Below are positions 38,549 to 48,694 of a DNA stretch of 64,000 nt, one piece after another. The first letter of the stretch is position 1, and every line of letters begins with the position of its first letter. Source of the DNA: Alphaproteobacteria bacterium (GTDB lineage: Bacteria > Pseudomonadota > Alphaproteobacteria > GCA-2731375); assembly GCA_965232515.1 (NCBI GenBank), contig CBDDPY010000002.1, forward strand, positions 3,200,001 to 3,264,000. Direction: 5' to 3'. The position numbers and the translations under genes were made by a program. Under the pieces are notes generated by a model. That model was given only the letters and a program-made list of their open reading frames with translations. It searched no databases and had not been told where the DNA came from.

Positions 38549-39733
38549 TCACATCGGCGTTTTCGGCGGGTGGGCGCGGATGACATCTTCGTTGAGGTCG
38601 GCGCCCCAGCCCGGGCCGGGCGGCAGCAGGAGGTCGCCGTCGTCGATCTGGGGTGCGTAGGTCAGGATCTCGTCCTTCCAGGGCACGTCGTCGATGTCGA
38701 TCTCCATGATGCGGAAGTTCGGCACGGCGGCGCAGAGATGCGCGCCCATCAGCGTCGAGAGGTGGCCGTAGAAATTGTGCGGCGCGACGTTGACCTCGAA
38801 GGCTTCGGCCATGCCGGCGATCTTCAGCGACTGCCAGATGCCGTTCCAGGGCACGTCGATGATGGCCACGTCCATGGACCGGTGCTCGAAATAGGGCCGG
38901 TAGCCGCGCAGGCCGTACAGCGACTCGCACGACGCGACCGGCGTCTTTACGGCATCGCGGATCTGCCGGAGGGCAACGGGATCGTAGAGGTCGAGCTCGA
39001 ACCACGCGAGGCCGAGATCGTCGAGACCGCGCATGACCTGCAGGTAGCCTTCCGGCTTGAAATTGAAGTTGAGATCGAGATGGATGCCGACGTCGGGCCC
39101 GACGCCATCGCGGAAGGCTTCGAGCTGGGCGCGCATGCCCGCGACCAGACCGGCGTCCCAGTTCAGCTCGGGCCAGCCGGGGCCGGCGGTGAAACCCGGC
39201 AGGTGCAGGCCGGGATCCCGGTCGAACAGAAAGATGTTGGTCTTCAGCGCCTTGAAGCCGCGATCCCGCACCTCATGGCCGAGCGCGACGACGTCATCCA
39301 GATTCCGCAACGGCGGCCGGTTCATGGCCTCGGCGTTGGCTTCCGACATGCGGTAGGAGCCGCAATGCGACCAGTAGAGCGGGATACGGTCGCGGACGGC
39401 GCCGCCGAGCAGCTGATAGACCGGCACGCCAAGCGCCTTGCCCTTCAAGTCGAGCAACGCATTTTCGATCGCCGCCACGGCCTGCTGCGTCATGCCGCCC
39501 GGCGCCGCGCGGGTCAGCGCATAGAGCTGCTGGCTCAACTTCTCGTGATGCCTGGCGTCGGCGCCCTCCAAGCCTGTCGCCAGTCGCGCGATGACGCCCG
39601 ATAGGCCGGGGCTGCCATAGCACTCGTTGTATTCGGCGATGCCGATCAACCCGGCATCCGTCAGCAGCTTCAAAAACGAGAAAACCCGCCAGCCGGCGTC
39701 GCAATGCAGGATCTCATGCCCGGTGATCTTCAT
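38549..39733 (-). CDS. Mandelate racemase/muconate lactonizing enzyme (enolase superfamily), acid-sugar dehydratase-like
   Basis: MKIT start; AIENALLDLKGKALGVPVYQLLGG, FKALKTN, metal ligands DLN / WFELD / SCESL, APHN, PGWG. Confidence 0.9.
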   Translation of the reverse strand: MKITGHEILHCDAGWRVFSFLKLLTDAGLIGIAEYNECYGSPGLSGVIARLATGLEGADARHHEKLSQQLYALTRAAPGGMTQQAVAAIENALLDLKGKALGVPVYQLLGGAVRDRIPLYWSHCGSYRMSEANAEAMNRPPLRNLDDVVALGHEVRDRGFKALKTNIFLFDRDPGLHLPGFTAGPGWPELNWDAGLVAGMRAQLEAFRDGVGPDVGIHLDLNFNFKPEGYLQVMRGLDDLGLAWFELDLYDPVALRQIRDAVKTPVASCESLYGLRGYRPYFEHRSMDVAIIDVPWNGIWQSLKIAGMAEAFEVNVAPHNFYGHLSTLMGAHLCAAVPNFRIMEIDIDDVPWKDEILTYAPQIDDGDLLLPPGPGWGADLNEDVIRAHPPKTPM

Positions 39734-39912
39734 GCGCCTCGCCTTCCCTCCCGGTGCCTGCGTTTTTGTCGATGGCCGCAGGCCTATGCAAATTCTAACA
39801 GGCGTTATTCGTTCATGTTCAATTTCGCAATTCTGGAACGTTTCTAAATGCCGATTTATCGACGAGCACAACCCCAACGCCGCTCGGGCGTTGCAAAATC
39901 GGGAGAACTCCA

Positions 39913-42900
39913 ATGGCTTTGGGTTTATTCAATTTCCTCAATTTCGGCGCGCAGGCCTCGTTCAACGGACTGTTGGCGCGGCTGCGCGGCACCACCGTAA
40001 TTCCCAACAACGACGATCAGGCGCGGGTCAGCGACTTCGACGGCCAGCGCTTTGTCGTCGGGCGCGGCGACGCCTCGGAGGTCGACGGCGCGCCGGTGCT
40101 GACCATCGACGACGACCGCGTGTCGCTGCGCAATGCCGGCCGGCTGGCGACGGAAGGCGAAACCGCGACCGTGCAGGTCGACGGCGACCGCGCCAGCATC
40201 ACGAACCGGCGTGGCGGCGCCATCGAGGCGGAAGACACCGCCATCGAGATCAACGGCGACCGGGCCCATGTCTCGAACCAGCGCGGCGCCCTGATCGATG
40301 GCGGCCAGAACGGCATCGAGGTCAACGGCGAAGATGCGCATATCAACAATGCCGGCCTGATCGTCGGCGGCTTCAACGGCGTCAACTTCGCCTTCGAGGG
40401 CGAAACCGACAGCTTTCTGTTTAACCGCGGCACCATCCTGTCGGACAGCCGCGCGGTGAACATCGACGGCGACGGCGTGCGCGTCGTCAACCGCGGCGAC
40501 ATCCGCGGCACCGGCGACCAGCGCAACGGCACGATCTATGCCGACGCGTCCGCCGACAATTACGAGATCGAGAACGACGGCCGGGTCGACGCCGGCAACG
40601 GCAACCAGGGCGCCGGCATCTCGCTGCAGCTGGGCGAGAGCGTCGACGCCGAGGTGCATAACGACGGCGTCATCCAGGGCCGCGGCCAGGCGGCGGCCAG
40701 CAGCAACCTCGCCGGCGACGGCATTCGCCTGTTCTCGGGCGTCGAGGGCAGCTCGACCTTCACCGGTCAAATCCGCAATCGCGGCACCATCGATTCCGAG
40801 AGCGACCAGGGCACCACGGCCGGCGTGCGCGCCGCCGAGGGCGTGAACTTCCAGGGCCGGCTGGTCAACGAGCGGAACGGCGTGATCGCGGGCGACCAGA
40901 ACGGCGTCTATTTCGGCAACGGCGACCACGAGGACGGCCTGTTCGTCAACCGCGGCCGCGTCAGCTCGGACAGCCGGGCGGTCAACCTGGACGGCGACGG
41001 CCTGACCTTCGTCAACCATGGCCTGGTTCTGGGCACCGACAATCAGCGCAACGGCACCGTCTATCTGGACGGCACGGCCGACGACACCACGGTTCGCAAC
41101 CACGGAAAAATCGACGCCGGCGCGGGCAATCTGGGCGACGGCATTTCGGTGCAGGTCGGTTCGTCGAGCGAGGACGCCCTGAACGAAGACATCGTCATCC
41201 ACAACAGCGGCGAGATCCAGGGGCGCGGCCAGGCCGCGTTCGAGAACGGCGCCCGCGCGGCCTCGAACGGCTCCAGCGGCGTGCGCTTCTTCAACGGCTC
41301 GGGCGAGCCGGAAGCGACGGTGTCCGGCAGCGTCACCAATTCGGGCACGATCACGGCGGAAGTCGATGTCGGCTTCCTGGGCGGTCTGGTGGTCGAGGAC
41401 GGTGTCGGCTTCGACGGCACGATCACGAACGATCGTCGCGGCGTCATCTCCGGTCCACGCAACGGTCTCTATGTCGGCAACGCCGAGCACGATCTGACCG
41501 TCAACAACTCCGGACGGATCGAATCCGGCAGCCGCGCCGTCAACCTCGATGGCGATAACGTCACCTTCAACAACCACGGCGACGTGGTCGGCACCGATAA
41601 CCAGCGTAACGGCACGCTCTACGTCGACGGCACGGCCGACAACGTCACCATCACGAACAGCCGGCGCGGCGACATCGACGCGGGCGCGGGCAACCTGGGC
41701 GACGGCATCGCCGTGCAGGTCGGTTCGTCGAGCGAGGACGCACTGAACGAGAACATCGTCATCGACAACGAGGGCGAGATCCAGGGACGCGGCCAGGCCG
41801 CGTTCGAGAATGGCGCCCGGGCCGTCGCGAACGGTTCCAGCGGCGTGCGTTTCTTCAACGGATCCGGCGAGCCGCAGGCGACGGTGTCGGGCAGCGTCAC
41901 CAATTCCGGGACGATCACGACGGAAGTCAATGTCGGCTTCCTGGGCGGCCTGGTGGTCGAGGATGGCGTCGGCTTCAACGGCACGATCACCAACGAAGCG
42001 CGCGGCGTCATTTCAGGTCCGCGCAACGGCCTCTATATCGGCAATGCCGAGCACGACCTGACCGTCGACAACTTCGGCCGCGTCGAGTCCGGCAGCCGCG
42101 CCGTGAACCTGGATGGCGATAACGTCACCTTCAACAACCATGGTGAGGTGGTCGGCACCGGCGACCAACGCAACGGCACGCTCTATCTCGACGGCACGGC
42201 CGACAACGTCACGGTGACGAACAGCCGCAATGGCGAAATCGACGCCGGTCGGGGCAATGACGGCAGCGGCGTGTCGGTCCAGGTCGGCTCGTCGAGCGAA
42301 GATGCGCTGAATGAGAACATCACGCTCGACAACGACGGCCTGATCCAGGGCCGCGGCGACGGCAACGTGCCGGCCGGCGTGCGCTTCTTCAACGGCTCCG
42401 GCGAGGATGTCGCGACCGTGACCGGCAGCATCGACAATGGCGAGCACGGCACCATCGTGTCCGAAACGGCGGCCGGCATTCTGATCGAGGACGGCGTCGC
42501 CTTCAACGGAACGATCACCAACGAGGGCGTGATCCGTGGCGGCAACGGCATCGGCATCGATGCCGGCGGGTCGGAAGGCGACATCACGCTGAACCAGAAC
42601 GACGGCGAGATCGACGGCGATGTCCAGCTCGGCAACGGCGCCGACACCGTCAACGTGAACGGCGGCGTCATCGATGGCGATCTCGATACCGGCGACGGCG
42701 CGGATGTCGTGAACCTGGGCGACGACGGTTCGGTGACGGGCTCGGTCTCGGGCGGCGCCGGCAACGACCTCCTGAACGCGGGCGACGATGCCGACACCTT
42801 CCTGTTCGAGATCGGCACCGGCCAGGACCGCGTGGCGCAGTTCAGCACATCAGAGGACCGGCTCGACGTGAGCGACTTCGGCTTCGCCGACTTCGCCGCG

Positions 42901-43062
42901 GTGCAGGCCGCGTCGACCGAAGCGCTTGTCGATGGTCAGACCTCGACGGTGATCGATCTGGACGGCGCCGGCGGCGCGGACCAGGTCACCCTGCTGGGCG
43001 TGGCGCTCGCCGATCTCTCGGCCAGCAACGTCATCCTGCAGGACGAGCAGAACGGCGTCTGA
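39913..43062 (+). CDS. Large Gly/Asn/Asp-rich beta-helical repeat protein with C-terminal RTX-like motifs, probable type I secretion substrate
   Basis: Four ~180-aa repeats starting SRAVN; C-terminal GNGADTVNV, GDGADVVNL, GGAGNDLLNA, GDDADTFLF; no Sec signal; directly upstream of T1SS genes. Confidence 0.85.
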   Translation: MALGLFNFLNFGAQASFNGLLARLRGTTVIPNNDDQARVSDFDGQRFVVGRGDASEVDGAPVLTIDDDRVSLRNAGRLATEGETATVQVDGDRASITNRRGGAIEAEDTAIEINGDRAHVSNQRGALIDGGQNGIEVNGEDAHINNAGLIVGGFNGVNFAFEGETDSFLFNRGTILSDSRAVNIDGDGVRVVNRGDIRGTGDQRNGTIYADASADNYEIENDGRVDAGNGNQGAGISLQLGESVDAEVHNDGVIQGRGQAAASSNLAGDGIRLFSGVEGSSTFTGQIRNRGTIDSESDQGTTAGVRAAEGVNFQGRLVNERNGVIAGDQNGVYFGNGDHEDGLFVNRGRVSSDSRAVNLDGDGLTFVNHGLVLGTDNQRNGTVYLDGTADDTTVRNHGKIDAGAGNLGDGISVQVGSSSEDALNEDIVIHNSGEIQGRGQAAFENGARAASNGSSGVRFFNGSGEPEATVSGSVTNSGTITAEVDVGFLGGLVVEDGVGFDGTITNDRRGVISGPRNGLYVGNAEHDLTVNNSGRIESGSRAVNLDGDNVTFNNHGDVVGTDNQRNGTLYVDGTADNVTITNSRRGDIDAGAGNLGDGIAVQVGSSSEDALNENIVIDNEGEIQGRGQAAFENGARAVANGSSGVRFFNGSGEPQATVSGSVTNSGTITTEVNVGFLGGLVVEDGVGFNGTITNEARGVISGPRNGLYIGNAEHDLTVDNFGRVESGSRAVNLDGDNVTFNNHGEVVGTGDQRNGTLYLDGTADNVTVTNSRNGEIDAGRGNDGSGVSVQVGSSSEDALNENITLDNDGLIQGRGDGNVPAGVRFFNGSGEDVATVTGSIDNGEHGTIVSETAAGILIEDGVAFNGTITNEGVIRGGNGIGIDAGGSEGDITLNQNDGEIDGDVQLGNGADTVNVNGGVIDGDLDTGDGADVVNLGDDGSVTGSVSGGAGNDLLNAGDDADTFLFEIGTGQDRVAQFSTSEDRLDVSDFGFADFAAVQAASTEALVDGQTSTVIDLDGAGGADQVTLLGVALADLSASNVILQDEQNGV
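40447..42540 (+). repeat. Intragenic tandem repeat, four units of about 525-564 bp
   Basis: SRAVN codons start at 40447, 40972, 41530 and 42094; units 2 and 3 are highly similar. Confidence 0.85.
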
Positions 43063-43079
43063 GCCGCTCCGTCCAGGGG

Positions 43080-43108
43080 CGGGGGCCCGGTGGCGTGCCG
43101 GGCCCCCG
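43080..43108 (+). terminator. Strong hairpin between the secreted-protein and exporter genes
   Basis: CGGGGGCCCGG / CCGGGCCCCCG 11-bp stem; weak U tract. Confidence 0.45.
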
Positions 43109-43144
43109 TCCTCACCTTCCGGCGCCGGCGAGGGGAACGCGAAC

Positions 43145-44881
43145 ATGCCTGCCAACCACCACACGCGATCGGAACTGCGCCAGGCCCTGGCGCGCTGCCG
43201 CGGCCGGCTGTTGATGACCGGCTTCTTCAGTTTCTTCATCAACCTGCTGATGCTGTCGGTGCCGCTCTACATGCTGCTGGTCTACGACCGCGTATTGACC
43301 AGCGGCAGCCTGCCGACGCTGACCGCGCTGTCGGTGATGGTCGCCATGCTGTTGATCGTGATGGGCGGCCTGGAATTCGTTCGCTCGCGACTGCTGGTGC
43401 GGACCGCGGCGCGGCTGGAAGACCCGATTGTCGACCGGGTGTTCGATGCGGCCATGCGTCGGCCGCTGCTGGCCAACCGCGATCAAGCCGAACGGCCGTT
43501 GCAAGATCTCGGCAGCTTCCGCGACTTCCTGTCCGGCCAGGGACCGATCGCCCTGTTCGACGCGCCTTGGACGCCGATCTATATCGGCGCGATCTATCTG
43601 CTGCATCCGCTGCTCGGCTATGTCGCGATGGCCGGCGCGGCGCTGCTGTTCACGATCGCGCTGTTGAACGAATTCACCACGCGCCGGCCGCTCGGCGCCG
43701 CCGCGCAAGCCACGGCGGAAAGCCGGGCGATGGCCGACTCGGGCCTGCGCAACGTCGAGGTGCTGGGCAGCATGGGGCTGCTGGCGGGACTGCGTCGCCG
43801 CTGGCGGCGGCATCACGGCGCGGCCATGGACGCGCAGTGTCGGGCGAGCGACCGGGCCGGCGGCCTGACGGCGCTGAGCAAGACCATCCGCTTCGCGCTG
43901 CAGGCCGCGATCCTGGGCGTCGGCGCGTCATTGGCCGTCGATCATCTGATCTCGCCCGGCGCCATGATCGCCGCCTCGATCATCATGGGCCGGGCGCTGG
44001 CCCCGGTCGAGATGGCGATCGGCAGCTGGCGGCCGTTCGTGGCCGCCCGCGCCGCCTATCGCCGGCTGGACCAACTGCTGCGCGAGGTGCCGTCACCGGC
44101 CAAGCGCGTGGAACTGCCCGAACTACAGGGACGGCTGGACGTCGAAAGCGTCACCGCCGGCGCGCCGGGCGCCATCCGGCCGGTACTGCACAATATCTCC
44201 TTCGCGTTGGAGCCGGGGAAGGCGCTCGGCGTGATCGGGCCGAGCGGGTCCGGCAAGTCAACGCTGGTCCGGCTGCTGGTCGGCGTCTGGCAGCCGCAGC
44301 ACGGCAGCCTGCGCCTGGACGGCGCGAAGGTGGCGCATTGGCCGGCGGCGCAGCATGCCGCCAGCATCGGCTATCTGCCGCAGGATGTCGAGCTGTTCGC
44401 CGGCAGCGTGGCGGCGAACATCTGTCGCTTCGCCGACGCGGCGGACGATCAGGCCATCGTGGCCGCGGCTTGCCGGGCGGGGGTGCATGACACCATCCTG
44501 CAACTGCCCGAGGGCTACGAGACCCAGATCGGTGACGGCGGCCGCATGCTGTCCGGCGGTCAGCGGCAGCGTATCGCCCTTGCCCGCGCGCTCTACGGCG
44601 ATCCGGCCCTGGTGGTGCTGGACGAACCGAATTCCAATCTCGACGCCGTCGGCGACATGGCGCTGGCGCACGCCATTCAGGAAATGAAGGCGCGCGGCCA
44701 GACAGTGATCGTCATCGCGCACCGGCCGAGCGCCATCGCCTCGGTCGACAAGCTGCTGGTGCTGGACGACGGCCACCAGGTCGCCTTCGGCGACAAGGAC
44801 GAGGTCCTGGCGGCGACGACACGGCCCAGCCGCATTCCCGGCGACAATGTCGCCGCGCTCGAAACGAGGCAGGCATCATGA
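43145..44881 (+). CDS. Type I secretion ABC permease/ATPase (PrtD/RsaD family)
   Basis: FSFFINLLML..PLYML.VYDRVL, FDAPW, GPSGSGKS, LSGGQRQR, LDEPNSNLD. Confidence 0.93.
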   Translation: MPANHHTRSELRQALARCRGRLLMTGFFSFFINLLMLSVPLYMLLVYDRVLTSGSLPTLTALSVMVAMLLIVMGGLEFVRSRLLVRTAARLEDPIVDRVFDAAMRRPLLANRDQAERPLQDLGSFRDFLSGQGPIALFDAPWTPIYIGAIYLLHPLLGYVAMAGAALLFTIALLNEFTTRRPLGAAAQATAESRAMADSGLRNVEVLGSMGLLAGLRRRWRRHHGAAMDAQCRASDRAGGLTALSKTIRFALQAAILGVGASLAVDHLISPGAMIAASIIMGRALAPVEMAIGSWRPFVAARAAYRRLDQLLREVPSPAKRVELPELQGRLDVESVTAGAPGAIRPVLHNISFALEPGKALGVIGPSGSGKSTLVRLLVGVWQPQHGSLRLDGAKVAHWPAAQHAASIGYLPQDVELFAGSVAANICRFADAADDQAIVAAACRAGVHDTILQLPEGYETQIGDGGRMLSGGQRQRIALARALYGDPALVVLDEPNSNLDAVGDMALAHAIQEMKARGQTVIVIAHRPSAIASVDKLLVLDDGHQVAFGDKDEVLAATTRPSRIPGDNVAALETRQAS

Positions 44882-46209
44882 CCCGACAGATCCTACGACT
44901 GCCCGCGCCCACACCGACGCCGTCGCGGCAGGACAATAGTTGGCGCTATATCCTGGGCGGCCTGGCGCTGGTCGTGCTGCTGTTCGGCGGCCTGATCGGC
45001 TGGTCGGTCACGGCCCGCATCGATGGCGCGGTGATCGCGCCGGGCACGGTCGTGGTCGACAGCAACCGCAAGACGGTCGCGCATCTCGACGGCGGCGTCG
45101 TCGGCGAGATCCTGGTGCGCGAGGGCGAACGCGTCGCCGTGGGCCAGCGCCTGATCCGGCTGGACGATGCGCTCGAACGCGCCGGTCTGGCGATCATCGT
45201 TGATCAGCTGCACGCGCTGGCGGCGCGCCGCGACCGCCTGAACGCGGAACTGGTCGAGGCAGAGGGCATTGATTTCGGCGCTGCGCTGCTGGCGGCGGAA
45301 TCACCGAAAGTCCGCGAGATCCTTGACGGCCAGACGGCGTTGTTCGAGGCCCGCCGCGCGGCGCGCGATGGCGAGCGACAGATCTTGACCCAGCGGATCG
45401 CCGGTCTACGCCGACAGATCGAGGGGCTGAAGGCCCAGCGCGCCGCGCGCGGCCGGCAAATCGAGTTGATCCGACGCGAGCTCGTCGGCGTCAAGACGTT
45501 GCACGACAAGGGCTATTCGCCGCTGACCCGCGTCTTGGAGCTGGAGCGCGAGGCCGCGCGGATCGAGGCGCAGCGCGCCGAGCACGGCACCGAGATTGCA
45601 CGCGCGGCGAACGCTATCGGCGAGGTCGAGCTGCAGATCGCGCAAGCGGCGCAGGACATGCGGGAGGCGGTGACGGCCGAGCTGCACGACGTGCAGACGC
45701 GCATCCTGAACCTGACGGAGCGCCGGGTGGCGGCGGAAACGCGCCTGGCCCGCATCGACATCACGGCCCCGCAGGCGGGCGTCGTGCTGGGCATGACGGC
45801 GCATACCGTGGGCGGCGTCATCCAGGCCGGCGCGCCGATCATGCAGATCGTGCCGCATGACGACGAGCTGGTGCTGCGCGCGCAGGTATCGCCGCAGGAC
45901 GTCGACAAGCTGCGGCCCGGCCTGGCCTCGACGATCCGCTTCTCGGCCTTCGATCAGCAGACCACGCCCGCCATCACGGGTCGGCTGGAAGGCGTCTCGG
46001 CCGATCGGATCGACGACACGCAGCGCGGCGTGTCCTACTTCGCCGCCCGTATCAGTATCGACGACGCCGAGCGCGCCAAGCTCGGCGGCCTGACGTTGCT
46101 GCCGGGCATGCCGGCCGAGGTCTTCATCCAGACCGGCGAGCGTCAGGTGCTGAGCTATCTGCTCAAGCCGCTGCTCGACCACATGGCCCGCGCGCTGCGG
46201 GAGAGCTAA
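44878..46209 (+). CDS. Type I secretion HlyD-family periplasmic adaptor (PrtE/RsaE family)
   Basis: TM helix, GAVIAPG, HLDGG, coiled coil, HTVGGVI, PGMPAEVFI.TGER, YLLKP. Confidence 0.93.
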   Translation: MTRQILRLPAPTPTPSRQDNSWRYILGGLALVVLLFGGLIGWSVTARIDGAVIAPGTVVVDSNRKTVAHLDGGVVGEILVREGERVAVGQRLIRLDDALERAGLAIIVDQLHALAARRDRLNAELVEAEGIDFGAALLAAESPKVREILDGQTALFEARRAARDGERQILTQRIAGLRRQIEGLKAQRAARGRQIELIRRELVGVKTLHDKGYSPLTRVLELEREAARIEAQRAEHGTEIARAANAIGEVELQIAQAAQDMREAVTAELHDVQTRILNLTERRVAAETRLARIDITAPQAGVVLGMTAHTVGGVIQAGAPIMQIVPHDDELVLRAQVSPQDVDKLRPGLASTIRFSAFDQQTTPAITGRLEGVSADRIDDTQRGVSYFAARISIDDAERAKLGGLTLLPGMPAEVFIQTGERQVLSYLLKPLLDHMARALRES

Positions 46210-47804
46210 CGGTCGGCGTCGAGCGCCTGGGCGACGCGCCGCATGATGGCCCGGCGCGTCCGATTGTCGGCCGCCTGTTCGAGCCGCTGGCGTAGGTCGA
46301 GGGAGAACTGGGCCAGTTCGTTGTGCCAGTCGGGACGACCGACCGCCTCGGGCGGCAAACGGCGCGGCGCGGCATGCGGGCGCAGACGGGCGCCGTCGCC
46401 GATCAGGTCGACCTCGTCGTCGAGCTGCGGCACGATGACCCGGTCGGCGGCGACGCCGGCGGCGATCAGGCCGTCGCGTAGCGCCGTCAGTCCATTCTCC
46501 TCACCGTGGGAGAGGAACGTCGCGCCCTTCACAGGCTGGCGCGCCAGCAGCCAGGCCAGCAGCTCGTCCCCGTCGGCGTGGCCGGAATAGACGTCAATGC
46601 GGCGGATATTGGCGCGGACGCGAATATCCTCGCCCTGGATGCGCACCGCCGACGCGCCCTGCTGGAGCAGGCTGCCGAGCGTGCCGGGCGCTTGATAACC
46701 GACCAACAGCACCGTCGCCTTGCGGTTCCACAGATGCTGCTTGAGGTGATGGCGGATGCGGCCGGCCTCGCACATGCCGCTGGCGGCCAGCACGATGACG
46801 CCGCCGCGATAGCGTCCGATCGCCTTGCTCTGATCGACCGTCTGGGTGAAATGCACGTTGGGATGCCGGAAGAAATCGCCGCTGCCGTTCACGTCCTCCA
46901 GATCTGCCGCATGGCTGGCAAAGACCTCCGTCGCCTTGATCGCCAGCGGCGAATCCAGGAACACCGGCACCCGCGACACCTCGCCCCGGTCCATCAGCAT
47001 CGACAGGTCGGCCAGCAGCTCCTGGGTGCGTTCCACGGCAAAGGACGGGATCAGAAGGACGCCGCCATCCGCCAGCGCCCGGCCGACCTCGGCGGCGAGC
47101 ACGGCGCGCCGCTGTTCCGGCGTCACCGTTGGCCGGGGGCGGCCGCCATAGGTGGATTCGCAGATCACGTAGTCCAGATTCTCGGGCGCGTCCGGATCGG
47201 GATGGAACAGCTTGTGCTCTGGCCCGATGTCGCCCGAGAACAGCAGACGCAGCAGCCGGCGGTCGCGCGCGCCGGTGGCGACTTCGAGCTCGATCGACGC
47301 GGCGCCGAGAATATGGCCGGCGTTCCAATAGCGCGCCCGCACGCCCTCGCCGACCTCGTACCAGCGCTCGTAATCCGTGGCCCGGAAGCTGTCGAGCGCC
47401 GCTTCGCCGTCGGCGCGGGTGTAGATCGGCGTCACTGCCTTGCGCCCGCGCCGCGCGTTGCGGCGGTTGAGATGCTCGACCTCGCTTTCCTGGATATAGC
47501 CGCTGTCGGGCAGCATGTAGGACAACAGGTCGCGCGTGCCGGCGGTGGCGTAGACGGGCCCCGAGAAGCCGTTCTTGATCAGCTTCGGGATCAGCCCGGC
47601 ATGGTCGATATGGGCGTGCGTCAGCAGGACGAAGTCGAGCCCGGCCGGATCGAACGGAAACAGCCCGTAGTTCAGCTCTTTCAAGGTCTTGGAACCCTGG
47701 AACATGCCGCAATCAACCAGGAACTGGCCACGGGGATGCTGCAGCCAGTAGCAGGAACCGGTGACCGTGCCGGCAGCGCCGCAGAATTTCAGACGTACGG
47801 TCAT
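46206..47804 (-). CDS. MBL-fold beta-CASP ribonuclease (YSH1/RNase J-like)
   Basis: GAAGTVTGSC, VDCG, THAHIDHAG, AGHILG, SGDIG, ESTYG, GYQA.GT.G, SGHAD, HGE. Confidence 0.92.
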   Translation of the reverse strand: MTVRLKFCGAAGTVTGSCYWLQHPRGQFLVDCGMFQGSKTLKELNYGLFPFDPAGLDFVLLTHAHIDHAGLIPKLIKNGFSGPVYATAGTRDLLSYMLPDSGYIQESEVEHLNRRNARRGRKAVTPIYTRADGEAALDSFRATDYERWYEVGEGVRARYWNAGHILGAASIELEVATGARDRRLLRLLFSGDIGPEHKLFHPDPDAPENLDYVICESTYGGRPRPTVTPEQRRAVLAAEVGRALADGGVLLIPSFAVERTQELLADLSMLMDRGEVSRVPVFLDSPLAIKATEVFASHAADLEDVNGSGDFFRHPNVHFTQTVDQSKAIGRYRGGVIVLAASGMCEAGRIRHHLKQHLWNRKATVLLVGYQAPGTLGSLLQQGASAVRIQGEDIRVRANIRRIDVYSGHADGDELLAWLLARQPVKGATFLSHGEENGLTALRDGLIAAGVAADRVIVPQLDDEVDLIGDGARLRPHAAPRRLPPEAVGRPDWHNELAQFSLDLRQRLEQAADNRTRRAIMRRVAQALDADR

Positions 47805-48694
47805 GGCCGGCACTCGCTGGCCAGCGCCTCGGCCAGCAGCGGCGCGAGGGAAAAGGCGTTGCTGGCGTGCATAACGCTGTCAGTGGATCGAAACCGGTCG
47901 ATGCCGGCCCGCCGCATGGCGGCGAGGTCGTCATCGCCGCAAAGCGCATGCACGGCCAACGCCTCGATGCGCGCGGCGCCGGCGTCCCGCAGACAGGCGG
48001 CGCAGACCGACAGGGTGACGCCACTGGACACGAGGTCGTCGACGATCAGCGCGGTCCGGCCGCGCACCCGACCCGCGTTCGGCAGATCGATCCGCACCTG
48101 CCGGTCGCCCTGCCGATGCTTCTCGCCGATCAGAACGTCGGCCCGCAACGGCCCGGCCACGGCCTCGACCCATTGCCGGGACTCCGCGTCGGGACCGACC
48201 AGGATCGGATCCTCGCTCAAACTCTCTTCGTCCGCGATGCTGGCCGACAGCAGACCGGCCGCCGACAGCACGGTTGTCTCGCAGCCGACAAAGACCTCGG
48301 CGAGATCCGGCGTACGGTGCAGGTGCGGATCGACAGTGACGACGCGGTCGAACAGACCGGCGAGAAACCGTCCGACGACCAGCTGGCTCACTGCCTCGCC
48401 AGCGTGAAACGCGATGTCCTGGCGCATGTAGCACATATAGGGCGCGACCAGCACCAGACGCGCCGCACCACCGTCGCGTAATGCCGACGCCGCCAGCATC
48501 AGCTCGACCAGCTTGTCGTTCGGGTTGTCGAGCGAGCCGTAAAGCAAGACGGTCTCGTCGGCCGGCGCTACCCGCACCAGGCTCTCGCCGTCGGGAAAGC
48601 GATGCACCGCGATGTCGTGACACGGCAGTCCGAGCACGGTAGCGAGCGCCTGGGCCGGACCGGCAGAACCCGGCATCGCGTGCACGGCGGTCAC
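47801..48694 (-). CDS. prs: Ribose-phosphate pyrophosphokinase-like protein (short type)
   Basis: [31 protein letters not shown]-binding [12 protein letters not shown]. Confidence 0.85.
   Translation of the reverse strand: MTAVHAMPGSAGPAQALATVLGLPCHDIAVHRFPDGESLVRVAPADETVLLYGSLDNPNDKLVELMLAASALRDGGAARLVLVAPYMCYMRQDIAFHAGEAVSQLVVGRFLAGLFDRVVTVDPHLHRTPDLAEVFVGCETTVLSAAGLLSASIADEESLSEDPILVGPDAESRQWVEAVAGPLRADVLIGEKHRQGDRQVRIDLPNAGRVRGRTALIVDDLVSSGVTLSVCAACLRDAGAARIEALAVHALCGDDDLAAMRRAGIDRFRSTDSVMHASNAFSLAPLLAEALASECRP

Noticed and set aside
40447-42540. Long DNA repeats as a possible CRISPR array or DGR template/variable pair
   Set aside because: Repeats are in-frame coding units of about 550 bp with many synonymous differences; no spacers, no adenine-specific pattern noticed, and no cas or reverse transcriptase gene.
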